Of a DNA stretch of 64,000 bases, positions 1-10,343 are shown piece by piece. Location: positions 1 to 64,000 of the IMG/VR virus record IMGVR_UViG_3300033121_000376. One strand, 5' to 3'. How positions within the stretch are numbered: position 1 is the first letter of the stretch; each line of letters begins with the position of its first letter. The notes beneath the pieces are model-generated. The model saw only the letters and a program-made list of their open reading frames with translations, was not told the DNA's origin and searched no databases. The position numbers and the translations under genes are program-made. This DNA is from a virus. Taxonomy: Duplodnaviria > Caudoviricetes.

Positions 1-96
1 AGTTCAGGAGGCACCTGCTCAAGCACCTGCAGTTCAGGAGGCACCTGCTCAAGCACCTGCAGTTCAGGAGGCACCTGTTCAGGCACCTGCAGTTCA
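1..96 (+). repeat. 30-bp tandem repeat (about 3.2 copies) encoding VQEAPAQAPA linker
   Basis: agttcaggaggcacctgctcaagcacctgc at 1 and 31, and a variant at 61. Confidence 0.9.
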
Positions 97-3000
97 AGAG
101 TTTGTACCGGCAACACCCGATACACCTATTGATTTCGCAGCTCAAAATTTCGCAGCAGATGCGGTTACAAACAACATCCCTACCGATATAGATCCTGCGA
201 ATAACCAGAAAGCAAACTCTAATTTTCAAGGAATACCAGTCGCGATTGAAACGCCTAAAGGCTCAGAACGTTACTGGAAAACACCTGATGGGTTGATAGG
301 TGGTAGCAATACGCAAACAGCTCATTACGGAGAGATTCCTAAAACTGAAGGTTTCGACAACGATCCAGTCGACGTGTTCATCCCTGATCAACTCACTAAA
401 GAGGACATCCTAAACACTAAATCCGCCTTTATCATCGACCAGATCAATCCTGAGACTGGCTATTTTGACGAACATAAAGTGGTACTCGGTGTTAAATCAG
501 CAGACGAAGCCCTCGCATTGTACAAATCAAATTACGATCCAGATTGGAAAGGCGCAAAGGCTATACACGAGATGCCTATTGATCAGTTCAAAACCTGGGT
601 GTTTGACAAAAATAACACTGTAAGACCGCTCGATCCTAACATCCCTTTAGACCCACAAAATGAGGTTAAGAATGTCCAAAGCCAGAACGCAACCACGCAA
701 GAAACCAACACGCAAGAACAAGTAGAAACACCGCAATCCCTCGTAGAAGGAACCGACTTAAGTTCGCAAAATGTTTCAGAACCTGAAGAATTCGACGAGG
801 CTTTCGCAGCTTTTAAGCCGGATTCTCGCACTGAAAGTCAGAGCAGTCTTTTCGGAAAGTTGAGAAACTTACAAGAAGCTTTCAACAAAGGTCGTGCAGA
901 GTACGCTGCTACAGGGGACAAAAGTTCTCTGGAAGGTGTGCAAACTGCGACTTTACAACAGCTTTCTGAACTGACAGATTCTAATACAGCTAGTAGACTC
1001 ACTGCGTATCTCATGGACAGCGGGTTTACAGATGGCGACGTGTACTGGCTGGATAACGAAGATGTGCAGCGTGTTGTTAACGACATGTCTTACGATAAGT
1101 TGCTTTCTGAAAGGGAGGCCGCACTAGACTCTTCTGTGAATAAGATTGAGCAAGTTAACGATGCTATAGAAGCCAAAACGCCTAAGAAATCACGTCTAAC
1201 CCCGTTAGCGAACGATAAGATTGCGGAATATGCCGATGACCTTCGCGCTATGGCTAGTAAAGCAGGATGGGCGGAGGTTGGTGGAAAACTTTTAAGAGAC
1301 GCTAACGGAGTAGCTGTAGGTAGAACCAAATGGATTCCGAATGCTGATTGGTACAAAGAGGTTGAAAACAGGCTTGGCGCACAACAAACTGTTGCAGCCG
1401 TCGAGAAAGCTATAAACCAGCAACCGATGACTGCTAAGGAGAAACGTGCGGTTGAGAGCATGATCAACTATCTGTATTTTACGATAGAAGAGAACTTAAC
1501 CGAGACTCAAGCAGTTCATGCTGAAAAACTTACACAGCTTTATGAACTGGCTAAGTCTATAGACGAAAAGCTTAATACGAATTTCTACGATGCGGTTCTT
1601 AGAGAGGATGCGCTGACTTCAGACGATATTAACGAATGGACAGGAGATTTATATGACTACTATGCGCGATATTCAAAAAGCGACACAGGCGGCCAGGAAG
1701 TTGCAAATGTTGAAACAGAAAGCCGCTCAGATCAACCTGCAAAAAACGACACCGGAAAACCGGTTGCCACGTCAAGAAGCGCGACAATAGCGCCAGCCAT
1801 ATCCAAATACCTGAATGGAACTGCAGTAGTCAAAGTGAGATCTGCAGGAGCAGAAGGATTCCGGCTGTTCGTAGACGACGTTGCAGTGGCAGATGTTCCA
1901 GAGTTCGTAATCGGTAAAGAGGATACCACTCGTGCATTGCTCAATGCTTACCGAGAAGCCCTGGTCGCAGAGGGTGTTCAGCTTAAAAACGATTCGGATC
2001 TGGAAGGCGTACTAGCCCATCTCAAATCGCAAATCGCTCAGAACAGTGTTTCGCAGCAGGACTCAGGTGTGGAAAACCTGTCAGAAGACGAAGCCAGAGC
2101 CATCCTCGTTGAAAACTTCGGGTTAGGTATAAACAGGCTGTTTAACCAAGGAATTCTAAACTTTGGGTTCCCTTCACATTTGACCAAAGCCATTAACAAC
2201 AAAGCGGAAGGTGCCTACGTTAGAAGCGAAGGAAAAGCCTACCTAAACTTGCGTGTCTTATCAAAAGACAGGCTAGTACCCGTAGTTCTCCACGAGGTAG
2301 GGGAGCATTACGGTTTGTTAAAAATGATTGGTGAGAAAGAATATCGAAATCTGCTTAACCAGATTCGTAATTTAGCCAAGATAAAAGGCTCTGAAGCGGA
2401 AAGAGTGTGGAACGCTGTTAAAAAACAGTATACCGGCATTGAGCAAGAGGGTAGCGATCGATTTGTTTCTGAAGTTATTGCCCGATTAGGGGAAAACAAC
2501 CCAAGATTGCCCTGGTATCGCAGGTTACTGTCTAAAGTTAAGGCTTTCTTAATTCGAATCGGTATTGGCAGAGGCTTTATACGCGGAACTCTGTCAGAGA
2601 ACGATATTCACGATCTCTTACGCGCTAGTTTATTCAGTTCCGTGAACTCTACTGAAGACGTTTCAACTTACGGAGCGCAAGAGCAGCCAGCGTATAGCAC
2701 GTCTTATGATCGTGAGTACTTAGCACCTAACGGTAAACCATCTAACCTAAACAAAATGCAGTGGCACCAAGTTAGGACTCCTGAGTTTAAGCAGTGGTTT
2801 GGGGACTGGGAAAACGATCCAGAAAACGCCTCAAAAGTCATCGATGAAAACGGAGAGCCGTTGGTCGTGTATCACGGTACAATGAATAAAAATTTTTACT
2901 CATTTGACATGAATTATGGTTGGTCGTCCAGAACAGGAGCAAAAGACACAGCATCTTTTTCTTATGATAGAGAGTTTGCAAATAGAAGGGGTGTTAGAAC

Positions 3001-6000
3001 AATAGAGGTATTTTTAAACGCCAAAGACCCGTTTAATTTTAGAAATAAAAGTCATATTGAAATGGCTAAAGACTATCTAGTAACTTATTACAAAGAACAA
3101 TATAAAGCAAAAGAAGATAGTCTTTTAGTAACGGATGCTGTTGAAGCTGTAAAAAAAGGGGATTATCGAGTATTGGAAAAAGTAATCCCTGTATCATGGT
3201 ATCTAGATAAAGGTTTTGATGCTGGTTTTGTACATGAATCAATGTATGGAGGTGGGCCTCTAACTATAAATGTTTTTAATCCCAACCAAATCAAATCTGC
3301 AACCGGCAACACTGGCGCATTCAGCACCAAGAATAACGACATCAGGTACAGTGTGCAGCCTGTTGACAACATATTTGAGATGCGTAGGCAGCCGTTATTC
3401 GACTCCTCAGTGTTCTTGGATAAACTGATTACGGCCAAAGAAGCCGCTGCTAACTTCTACAGCGATGTGAAAAGTGAAGGTTACAGAAAAGCTTTGACCA
3501 ATGCGGTATTCTCTAAAACAACCGCTGCACTCGGTGTATATCGAATGACGGACAGTGTCAAACACGTTCTGCCTGGACTTAAGAAGTTCCAGGATCTGAT
3601 CGACACACGTCGAGGGTTTATCGACAAACTGATGCACGACTTCAACTACGCTGTTGACAAGTGGGGTCACGAAGAGCTTAAAGAACACCGAGAACTGCTT
3701 AACGCGACGATGCAAGAATCGACAATGGACGACGTTAACGCCTCGTTGGATTGGTCTGGTGTCATGGACGCAAGCTATTTGAGGGATGTTGCAGATAACG
3801 ACGTTCACAAATTCTCTGAGATTCGCGCAAATCAGAAGCGAACTACTGCGTACACGCAAGCGTCTTTAGGAAACCACTTTGGGAACCGTATTCTCGTAGA
3901 AGCCCGTAAAGCTGGCGCTATAAGCTCTACTAAGTATTCAGCCACATTTGATACTGAACAGAAAGCTCTTAAATTCCTAGACACTATCAGGAAAATTGAG
4001 CAGGACATGATCGTATCGAGCGGAGGTTCTGATACAAACGCAAAACGCAAAGCCGTTCACGCAAGAGTTAAGAGAAGTTACGACAGCCTCCCCCTTAAAG
4101 CACAGGCCATCTACGAGTTGGTTCACGCTCAACTTGAGCGGTCTAACAGATTGCGCCTAGAAGCCTTAGAAGATCGTATATCAGAATCAATCCTTGAAGG
4201 TAAAAGACGTTCTGCAGCTATCTCGTCTCTTCGCAAAGCTTTCGAGAGTAATGCTCTGAAGTGGTACTACGCCCCATTAGGAAGGTTCGGCGATTACTGG
4301 TTCTATGCGGAAATGGATGATGGAGAGCGGCACTTCCAAACTTTTGACAGCCAACACGCTTTGGATAAAGGCGTTTCTCAATTCACAGAGGACAACCCAA
4401 CTGCGAAACTGCTCGGTCAAGGCATGAAGATGGACGCTTTGGGCAAAGATGTTTCAGGACCGCACACAACTGATGCGTTCTTAACAGAACTGTTCACTGT
4501 ACTGCAGGAGGCTAACCTGGATGCCGACACATATAAACAAATTACAGATGAAGTTTATCAACGCTATTTAGCGCAACTGCCTGAAATATCCATGCGGCAC
4601 CGGTCACAGCACAGAACTGGAACGCGAGGTTATGAAAAAGATCAGTTGAAATCAACTGCCTTTGCACTACACCATTCCGCAAATCAGATCGGCAACATGT
4701 TGTACGGCTCTAAGATGGTAGATGTGCTTAAAGACGCAGTTCAAGCGATTAAAATGGCGCAACGTGACGACATATTCGCTAACGCTGAAAGAGAGTTAGA
4801 AAACCTAGTTAAGTTTGCAGATTTGGTCAAAAGCCACAACGGTTCTGCTTTTGACGCTATAGAAGATTTGAAACTCGACAGACGCGAGTTGAAAGCCGAA
4901 CTTAAACAAGCGAAAGCGGATGGTTTAGACACAGAGTACTTAGAACAAGAAATAGCGGATCTCGATGAGTTAATCAGTTTCACAGATAGTTTCAAGGATC
5001 TCAGTATTGACGAGATTCACCCTGCAATCAAAAAACGCATGGGCTCCTACAAGTCTTCACTGGATCAGGCCAAGAGATTACGCAGACTTCCAGATGAGTT
5101 GCCGTGGGCTAGAGATGTCGTCAAAGAACTAGCGTTGACACAACAACACATAACCGCACCCGTATCCTCCTCGTTGGATGGCGTAGCTCAAAATCTTCGT
5201 GGATTAAGCTACATCTTTACACTTGGGTTCAGTATTTCCTCTGCACTTGTTAACTTACTGCAAACAATTGTTGTGGCTATTCCGGTATCCTACGGCTATT
5301 TTACACAGCTTGGTTCTAAGAGAACCTTAGCGATGTACGGAGAGGTGTTCAAGTACGGCATGGAGGCTTTTGCAACCTGGAATGGTGCTAAAGACGCTGA
5401 TGGAAACAGATCGCTGTCTGAAGTGTTTAGGCGATTAGAAAGCGAAGCTCGCGATGCGAAGTCTGCAGAACGTTATCGCGATTTGCGGGAAGCTTTGGAA
5501 ATCGTAAAAATGAACGGTGATATTTCTCGATCTATGACCTGGGATTTGATTGCCTATGGCAACGAGGGTGAGCACGTTGACACTGCAATGCAGGGTGTCG
5601 GAAAGATGATGGGATCTTTGTTCTACGGAGCGGAACGAATAAACCGTGAGATAACTTTTGTGGCCAACTACGCACTTGCAAGAGAGCAGGTTGAAAACGA
5701 CACACATTCTAAAACAGGTTCGCCGTTAACCAGTCTTCAGAAACGTGCTAAAGCAGTATCTATTTCCAGAGAGCTTACCCGAGATGCACATGGCGACTAC
5801 TCACCTGACTCTTCGGCCAGAATGTTCCGAGGTCCAATAGCCGCTGTAGCACTTCAGTTTAAGAAGTATCCAGTCATGATGTATGTCATGTGGGGTAAAA
5901 ACTTCATGGGCTTCATGAACAGAAATAAGTGGCAGGATTTGCCGGAAACTACTCCAGAAGAGATTGAATACAAAGCAAAACGTAGGACTGAGGCTAAACA

Positions 6001-6886
6001 GGCTACTAGAACGTTTACCGCTCTTCTCGGTGCGCAGGCTGCATTTGCAGGCGCGTACAGCCTACCACTTTCCAGCACTATTTCGGCTGCGGCCACTGCC
6101 GTGATGTGGACCGTATTCCAGGCGTTGAAAGCATTAGGGCTTAAAGATGATGACGATGAAGATGTTGATTTCCAAAGATGGGTTCACGTCTCAATTGCTC
6201 AACACTTTGGAGAGACTGCCGCAACGCTCGTTACCAAAGGCGTGGTAAACGCTAGCACCCCGATAAACTTGTCTAGCCGTACAGACTTGTCGTCCGTGTT
6301 TTTCAGGGAGCCGTTAGAGGATCTGAAAGGTGAAGACTTATCACGCTATTACATGTCCCAAATATTCGGTGTGGCCGGTGGGGTGGCGAATAACGTTATG
6401 GAAGGTATGTCTCAAATATCACAGGGTAGAGAAGTTAGAGGCGTCGAAATGATGTTACCTAAATTCCTAAAAGATGCGGTTAAGACATATCGATATGCCG
6501 ATGAGGGCGCTACTTCACGAAGCGGTATCCCGGTAGCAGATGTCGGAACAAGCGAATTGGTGCTGCAACTATTAGGTTTTGGAAGTTCTAATCTGGATGT
6601 GGCATTTACAGAAAGAGGGTACGCTAAGAACGCTGAGACACAGCTTACGGATCGACGCACTGCTATAAAGGCAAGAATCGTTAAGGACATTATGGACGGA
6701 GCCAAACCAGACCTCGAAGAGCTCAGAGGTTGGAATAAGCGCCATCCAGAATGGCCTATAGGATCTAAAGACATTCACGCATCTATTAAATCTAAACTGA
6801 AACACAGATCTGCTAGCGAGGGTAGGGGTTATGAGGTTAATCCTAAACTTGACTACTTATACGATAAGTACAGGATACGGGATTAG
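2..6886 (+). CDS. Large polyvalent protein (phage virion/ejection-type), 5'-truncated; PPase-like, zincin-like metallopeptidase, ADP-ribosyltransferase-like and PLxRFG regions
   Basis: The frame is open from position 2 (VQEAPAQAPA...ETPKGSERYW), so the track start at 293 (TTG) is internal. Motifs: HYGEIPKTEGFDNDPVDVF, VVLHEVGEHYGL, APNGKPSNL...WFGDWE...PLVVYHGT...NQIKSATGNTGAFS, APLGRFGDYW. Confidence 0.85.
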   Translation, partial: VQEAPAQAPAVQEAPAQAPAVQEAPVQAPAVQEFVPATPDTPIDFAAQNFAADAVTNNIPTDIDPANNQKANSNFQGIPVAIETPKGSERYWKTPDGLIGGSNTQTAHYGEIPKTEGFDNDPVDVFIPDQLTKEDILNTKSAFIIDQINPETGYFDEHKVVLGVKSADEALALYKSNYDPDWKGAKAIHEMPIDQFKTWVFDKNNTVRPLDPNIPLDPQNEVKNVQSQNATTQETNTQEQVETPQSLVEGTDLSSQNVSEPEEFDEAFAAFKPDSRTESQSSLFGKLRNLQEAFNKGRAEYAATGDKSSLEGVQTATLQQLSELTDSNTASRLTAYLMDSGFTDGDVYWLDNEDVQRVVNDMSYDKLLSEREAALDSSVNKIEQVNDAIEAKTPKKSRLTPLANDKIAEYADDLRAMASKAGWAEVGGKLLRDANGVAVGRTKWIPNADWYKEVENRLGAQQTVAAVEKAINQQPMTAKEKRAVESMINYLYFTIEENLTETQAVHAEKLTQLYELAKSIDEKLNTNFYDAVLREDALTSDDINEWTGDLYDYYARYSKSDTGGQEVANVETESRSDQPAKNDTGKPVATSRSATIAPAISKYLNGTAVVKVRSAGAEGFRLFVDDVAVADVPEFVIGKEDTTRALLNAYREALVAEGVQLKNDSDLEGVLAHLKSQIAQNSVSQQDSGVENLSEDEARAILVENFGLGINRLFNQGILNFGFPSHLTKAINNKAEGAYVRSEGKAYLNLRVLSKDRLVPVVLHEVGEHYGLLKMIGEKEYRNLLNQIRNLAKIKGSEAERVWNAVKKQYTGIEQEGSDRFVSEVIARLGENNPRLPWYRRLLSKVKAFLIRIGIGRGFIRGTLSENDIHDLLRASLFSSVNSTEDVSTYGAQEQPAYSTSYDREYLAPNGKPSNLNKMQWHQVRTPEFKQWFGDWENDPENASKVIDENGEPLVVYHGTMNKNFYSFDMNYGWSSRTGAKDTASFSYDREFANRRGVRTIEVFLNAKDPFNFRNKSHIEMAKDYLVTYYKEQYKAKEDSLLVTDAVEAVKKGDYRVLEKVIPVSWYLDKGFDAGFVHESMYGGGPLTINVFNPNQIKSATGNTGAFSTKNNDIRYSVQPVDNIFEMRRQPLFDSSVFLDKLITAKEAAANFYSDVKSEGYRKALTNAVFSKTTAALGVYRMTDSVKHVLPGLKKFQDLIDTRRGFIDKLMHDFNYAVDKWGHEELKEHRELLNATMQESTMDDVNASLDWSGVMDASYLRDVADNDVHKFSEIRANQKRTTAYTQASLGNHFGNRILVEARKAGAISSTKYSATFDTEQKALKFLDTIRKIEQDMIVSSGGSDTNAKRKAVHARVKRSYDSLPLKAQAIYELVHAQLERSNRLRLEALEDRISESILEGKRRSAAISSLRKAFESNALKWYYAPLGRFGDYWFYAEMDDGERHFQTFDSQHALDKGVSQFTEDNPTAKLLGQGMKMDALGKDVSGPHTTDAFLTELFTVLQEANLDADTYKQITDEVYQRYLAQLPEISMRHRSQHRTGTRGYEKDQLKSTAFALHHSANQIGNMLYGSKMVDVLKDAVQAIKMAQRDDIFANAERELENLVKFADLVKSHNGSAFDAIEDLKLDRRELKAELKQAKADGLDTEYLEQEIADLDELISFTDSFKDLSIDEIHPAIKKRMGSYKSSLDQAKRLRRLPDELPWARDVVKELALTQQHITAPVSSSLDGVAQNLRGLSYIFTLGFSISSALVNLLQTIVVAIPVSYGYFTQLGSKRTLAMYGEVFKYGMEAFATWNGAKDADGNRSLSEVFRRLESEARDAKSAERYRDLREALEIVKMNGDISRSMTWDLIAYGNEGEHVDTAMQGVGKMMGSLFYGAERINREITFVANYALAREQVENDTHSKTGSPLTSLQKRAKAVSISRELTRDAHGDYSPDSSARMFRGPIAAVALQFKKYPVMMYVMWGKNFMGFMNRNKWQDLPETTPEEIEYKAKRRTEAKQATRTFTALLGAQAAFAGAYSLPLSSTISAAATAVMWTVFQALKALGLKDDDDEDVDFQRWVHVSIAQHFGETAATLVTKGVVNASTPINLSSRTDLSSVFFREPLEDLKGEDLSRYYMSQIFGVAGGVANNVMEGMSQISQGREVRGVEMMLPKFLKDAVKTYRYADEGATSRSGIPVADVGTSELVLQLLGFGSSNLDVAFTERGYAKNAETQLTDRRTAIKARIVKDIMDGAKPDLEELRGWNKRHPEWPIGSKDIHASIKSKLKHRSASEGRGYEVNPKLDYLYDKYRIRD

Positions 6887-7305
6887 TTCTTCTTAACCAT
6901 CCTAGCGTAGTAATTTACACCGATCATGATAAAAAGTATACCATCCTCGGCGTGTTTCGCATCTAATTCACCCGTTTCGAGAACAAACCCGTTATCGTCA
7001 AACCAGCGTACCCAATCGTAAAGTTGACTTTCAGCAACCTCTCCACGCCCTAGTACGGCGAGGCAGGGGTGCTTGTGATATGCGTTTTCAGGTGTCCAGA
7101 CATATCCGTTGTTGTCTATCCTGTTATAGTCAGAGTCTGTCCACTCGTAATCAGGAAACAGCCCTGGCTCACCTTGTATTGGGCGTGACACTACGCCAAC
7201 ACACTCTCTACCAAAGCCACATCCACCTTCCAAATCGATTTCCGCTTTGTTGCGTTCAGCCCACTGTTCTAACCACTGTATCTTCTCACTGTGTGTCATA
7301 TACAA
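6883..7305 (-). CDS. Hypothetical phage protein
   Basis: 140-aa ORF converging on the polyvalent gene; RBS-like aggttgt upstream. Confidence 0.7.
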   Translation of the reverse strand: MYMTHSEKIQWLEQWAERNKAEIDLEGGCGFGRECVGVVSRPIQGEPGLFPDYEWTDSDYNRIDNNGYVWTPENAYHKHPCLAVLGRGEVAESQLYDWVRWFDDNGFVLETGELDAKHAEDGILFIMIGVNYYARMVKKN

Positions 7306-7364
7306 CCTACCGTTGTTCTAAAAAAGGTTGAGTGGGAGAAGTCCCACTCAGTTTTACAGAAAGT

Positions 7365-7793
7365 TTATTTCTGGATTTTAGGCAAAGGAAAAGGGATCTC
7401 GTCACTGCACACACCATCTTGAGAAGCGTAGGGACGTTTCTTGAAATCTTCGTCTGTAGCACATCCTATAGCTGCCGAAACGGTGGAACACTTAACTTTG
7501 GTTACAGATCCATTTGGAGATACAAAATCAAGCGTTGCCCAACCATCGCCCTGACCGCAACTAGCTGACTGGGTGCTATCGCCACGCATGATGATGGAAC
7601 TAGCCTGCAGAGCAGGATTGTTTTGTCGATAGGCTTTGGCGTTGAACTCCGCATTTTCATTGGCCTGCATTCTTCCAGACTCAACAGATTCGAACGACAG
7701 TTTATCTCCTTTACCACACCCAATTAACATGGACAAGGTGATAAGGAGTGTGAAAACCATAAAACTGCGTAAACATTTAGTAAAAATCTTCAT
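7365..7793 (-). CDS. Putative lipoprotein
   Basis: Basic then hydrophobic N-terminus with lipobox LIGC; several conserved-looking Cys. Confidence 0.65.
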   Translation of the reverse strand: MKIFTKCLRSFMVFTLLITLSMLIGCGKGDKLSFESVESGRMQANENAEFNAKAYRQNNPALQASSIIMRGDSTQSASCGQGDGWATLDFVSPNGSVTKVKCSTVSAAIGCATDEDFKKRPYASQDGVCSDEIPFPLPKIQK

Positions 7794-7836
7794 ATTCTTC
7801 CTCGTAAAATAGATTTAGTTTTGATAAAAGCCGCGT

Positions 7837-8193
7837 TCATAGTCGTGCGCCAACTTTCATAGATGTAACAGGAAGTTCTACACGTATAAGCTCTACGTCC
7901 TGAACCCCCACAATACCGAGCACCCTCGCTGAACCCCGTGAAAGGTCTATATCTCTACCCTTCACGAAAGGTCCACGATCATTTACTCGAACCCACAACT
8001 TTCGTTTCCCGTTTTGCAACAGTAGACGAGTGTTGAACGGATAGGTTTTGTGAGCTGCAGTAGCCCAATTAGGGTGGTACGACTCACCGTTAGCAGTGTG
8101 ATGCCCGTATTCATACCAAGACGCAACCAGTTTCTTTGCGGTGGCGACGTGGCTGAACAGCGTTAAAGCAGCCATAAATGCTAATTTTGCCAT
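7837..8193 (-). CDS. rlpA: RlpA-like (double-psi beta-barrel) septal lytic transglycosylase family protein
   Basis: Signal peptide; ASWY...TANGE...TAAHKTYPFNT...VRVNDRGPFVKGRDIDLS. Confidence 0.85.
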   Translation of the reverse strand: MAKLAFMAALTLFSHVATAKKLVASWYEYGHHTANGESYHPNWATAAHKTYPFNTRLLLQNGKRKLWVRVNDRGPFVKGRDIDLSRGSARVLGIVGVQDVELIRVELPVTSMKVGARL

Positions 8194-8249
8194 GATGATT
8201 AACCTCCATCATTGAGAGTTGGCTATTGTCTGAACCAACGCATTAAAAT

Positions 8250-8786
8250 TTATGCGGTTCCGGTGTGACCGATTCCGCCCGTTCCTCTAACAGTAGAGGT
8301 GTAGAACTCAGGTTTTACGGCTCCTTTTACTTTAAAAAACGGAATGAACATCATCTGAGCAACCCTTTGTGCCGGTTCAATTTTCACAGGGTTGTTCCCA
8401 CGGTTCCAAAGTCCTAAAAATATCGTGCCTTGGTACATTTTATCAACGAGGCCAACAAAGTTGCCAAGCCCGATTCCTTCGTTAAGCGAAAGACCGGATC
8501 GTGGTAACAGAAGCGTAGCCACGTTATTAAACGTTCCAGCCCCAGGCCAGATTTTGAAACCTGCATCCACAGTAACACATTCTCCAGGTGCTAAAAACAG
8601 GTTTTTGGTTATGTTGGCTCTAAGGTCTACAGCCCCATCACCAGGAACAGAGTAATTGGGTCCTAACTCACGGTATTTAAGAGGCTCTCCACTATCGAAA
8701 GCGGGGTTGTTCAACAGGCTTTCTAACACCACATACTGCACTTCAAAATCGAAACTTTGGTCATCAAGGCTATTTACTAAATTCAT
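8250..8786 (-). CDS. dut: Trimeric dUTPase
   Basis: GAVDLRA, LLLPRSGL, GLVDKMYQG, RVAQM, RGTGGIGHTG. Confidence 0.92.
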   Translation of the reverse strand: MNLVNSLDDQSFDFEVQYVVLESLLNNPAFDSGEPLKYRELGPNYSVPGDGAVDLRANITKNLFLAPGECVTVDAGFKIWPGAGTFNNVATLLLPRSGLSLNEGIGLGNFVGLVDKMYQGTIFLGLWNRGNNPVKIEPAQRVAQMMFIPFFKVKGAVKPEFYTSTVRGTGGIGHTGTA

Positions 8787-9070
8787 ATGGCATCCTCTTT
8801 TCTTTTAAGGTATTTTAATCTCTGTGTCTGGTATTCCTTCAAGATGGAAGCTGCCATTCTCTCGACACCATCCGATCCTCCGTCAAGAATGGATTGGTAA
8901 ATCTTCTTTTCAAACCCTTTGCTCGTGTTAATCAGGAACTTCAGCCTACTATTCCAATCACTGTTAGCGGCTTTAATAAGTCCTAAATCGACCATGTTAC
9001 TGTTAACCCGACTTACCGTTTCACTACTTAATTTCGGTATAATTTCACTGAAATCTTTGTACCCAGGCAT
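8783..9070 (-). CDS. Hypothetical protein
   Basis: 95-aa ORF overlapping the dut start (coupled). Confidence 0.6.
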   Translation of the reverse strand: MPGYKDFSEIIPKLSSETVSRVNSNMVDLGLIKAANSDWNSRLKFLINTSKGFEKKIYQSILDGGSDGVERMAASILKEYQTQRLKYLKRKEDAI

Positions 9071-9082
9071 AATTTACTCGTT

Positions 9083-9111
9083 AAAAAACCCCGCTTTTAC
9101 AAGCGAGGTTT
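9083..9111 (-). terminator. Intrinsic terminator after HU gene
   Basis: Minus strand AACCTCGCT-TGTAAA-AGCGGGGTT followed by a T run. Confidence 0.6.
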
Positions 9112-9135
9112 GATGGTTTCTAAAACAGACAAAGT

Positions 9136-9420
9136 TTAATCTTTAGCGCCAAACAGCTCATCTTTTAAAGACTTTGACACTGTAAACTTAACTTTTTCAC
9201 CTGCCGGAATAGTGATTTTCTCACCGGTTCTTGGGTTGTTACCCGATCGCTCTTTCGTAGCAACCAAGGAGAACGAACCGAACTGTTGTATTTCAACACG
9301 CTCTCCGTTTTTAAGAGCTGTAGCAAGCGTGTCACGAAGTTTTCGCAGGAATAAATTAGTAGCGGCGTGTGTTTGACCGGTTCCAGCAGCGATTTCTCTA
9401 ACTAATTGATCTTTTGTCAT
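9136..9420 (-). CDS. hup: HU/IHF-family histone-like DNA-binding protein
   Basis: MTKDQLV...GERVEIQQFGSF...ERSGNNPRTGEKITIPA...VKF. Confidence 0.92.
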   Translation of the reverse strand: MTKDQLVREIAAGTGQTHAATNLFLRKLRDTLATALKNGERVEIQQFGSFSLVATKERSGNNPRTGEKITIPAGEKVKFTVSKSLKDELFGAKD

Positions 9421-9495
9421 GTTAATTTCCTCTCATTTTAAAAACGTTTATGGGTCAAAAGTACAAGTATATTGTACGCCTGTAATTGGCTTCTG

Positions 9496-10332
9496 TCAAT
9501 AAAAAAACTCTGTAAGCTTGGGACAATCGACTGAAAAGCCAGCAGCGTTGCGATGTCCACCCCCACCGAAATGCTTGGCTATTTCGGAAACATCGTAGTC
9601 CCCAACGGATCTCAAAGAGAACTGCCAAGATTTCGTCTTTCCGCTGAAAGTGAAGGTAGCACCGTAACTGCCGGATAGCTTACACAGAACCCCTCCCAAC
9701 TCGCTGGCGTATTTAGCAGGCGCATTACAGGCTAGACCTACAAAACCGTTAAGCGATATTTTCACAGGGTGTTTAGCAAAAACTTCTACCTCCTTATCAA
9801 AAATAACGTTGATTAATCCGCCTACGCGATTAAGTTCCTCTATCCCGGAATCTCCTTTGTCAACATATCTGGCAATCATGTCAACACCTTGATCGAGCAT
9901 AGAGTACAGGGCTGCAGTAACATTCCTAGTCTCACGGAACTCAAACTTCCACAAGTCTCTATCTTGTATTATCGAGAGAAGCGTAGGCTTTTTAATCGAA
10001 CCGTTGAAGTACTCCCACGCCATCACAGCGCCCGATTTCTGCATATCGAAATGTGCAAATGGGAGATCTTTTAAGTCGTCCTGCGCGGTTTTATGATGAT
10101 CTAGAACAACTAGGAGTTTTGCCTGGGAGTGCATACGCAGCAATACCTCTCTCGGATATGAGAAGTCAACCACAAAGACTGTTTTACCAACCACATCCGG
10201 CGGATCTTCTTTGTAGTTGACAGGAATTAGAACCGCTTCTAAACCCAGTCTTCTAGCATATTCAAGGGCTGAGTAGGCTGCTCCGAGGCCATCCAAACAG
10301 TTATCGTGGTATAAAACGTGAATTTTGTTCAT
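9496..10332 (-). CDS. DHH/DHHA1 family phosphoesterase
   Basis: YHDNCLDG, VDFS, LDHH, QDRDLW, FGGGGHRNAAGF. Confidence 0.88.
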   Translation of the reverse strand: MNKIHVLYHDNCLDGLGAAYSALEYARRLGLEAVLIPVNYKEDPPDVVGKTVFVVDFSYPREVLLRMHSQAKLLVVLDHHKTAQDDLKDLPFAHFDMQKSGAVMAWEYFNGSIKKPTLLSIIQDRDLWKFEFRETRNVTAALYSMLDQGVDMIARYVDKGDSGIEELNRVGGLINVIFDKEVEVFAKHPVKISLNGFVGLACNAPAKYASELGGVLCKLSGSYGATFTFSGKTKSWQFSLRSVGDYDVSEIAKHFGGGGHRNAAGFSVDCPKLTEFFY

Positions 10333-10343
10333 GCGAGATCCTT

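Noticed and set aside
583-6805. Numerous minus-strand ORFs within the polyvalent gene
   Set aside because: Antisense shadow ORFs with no recognisable motifs.
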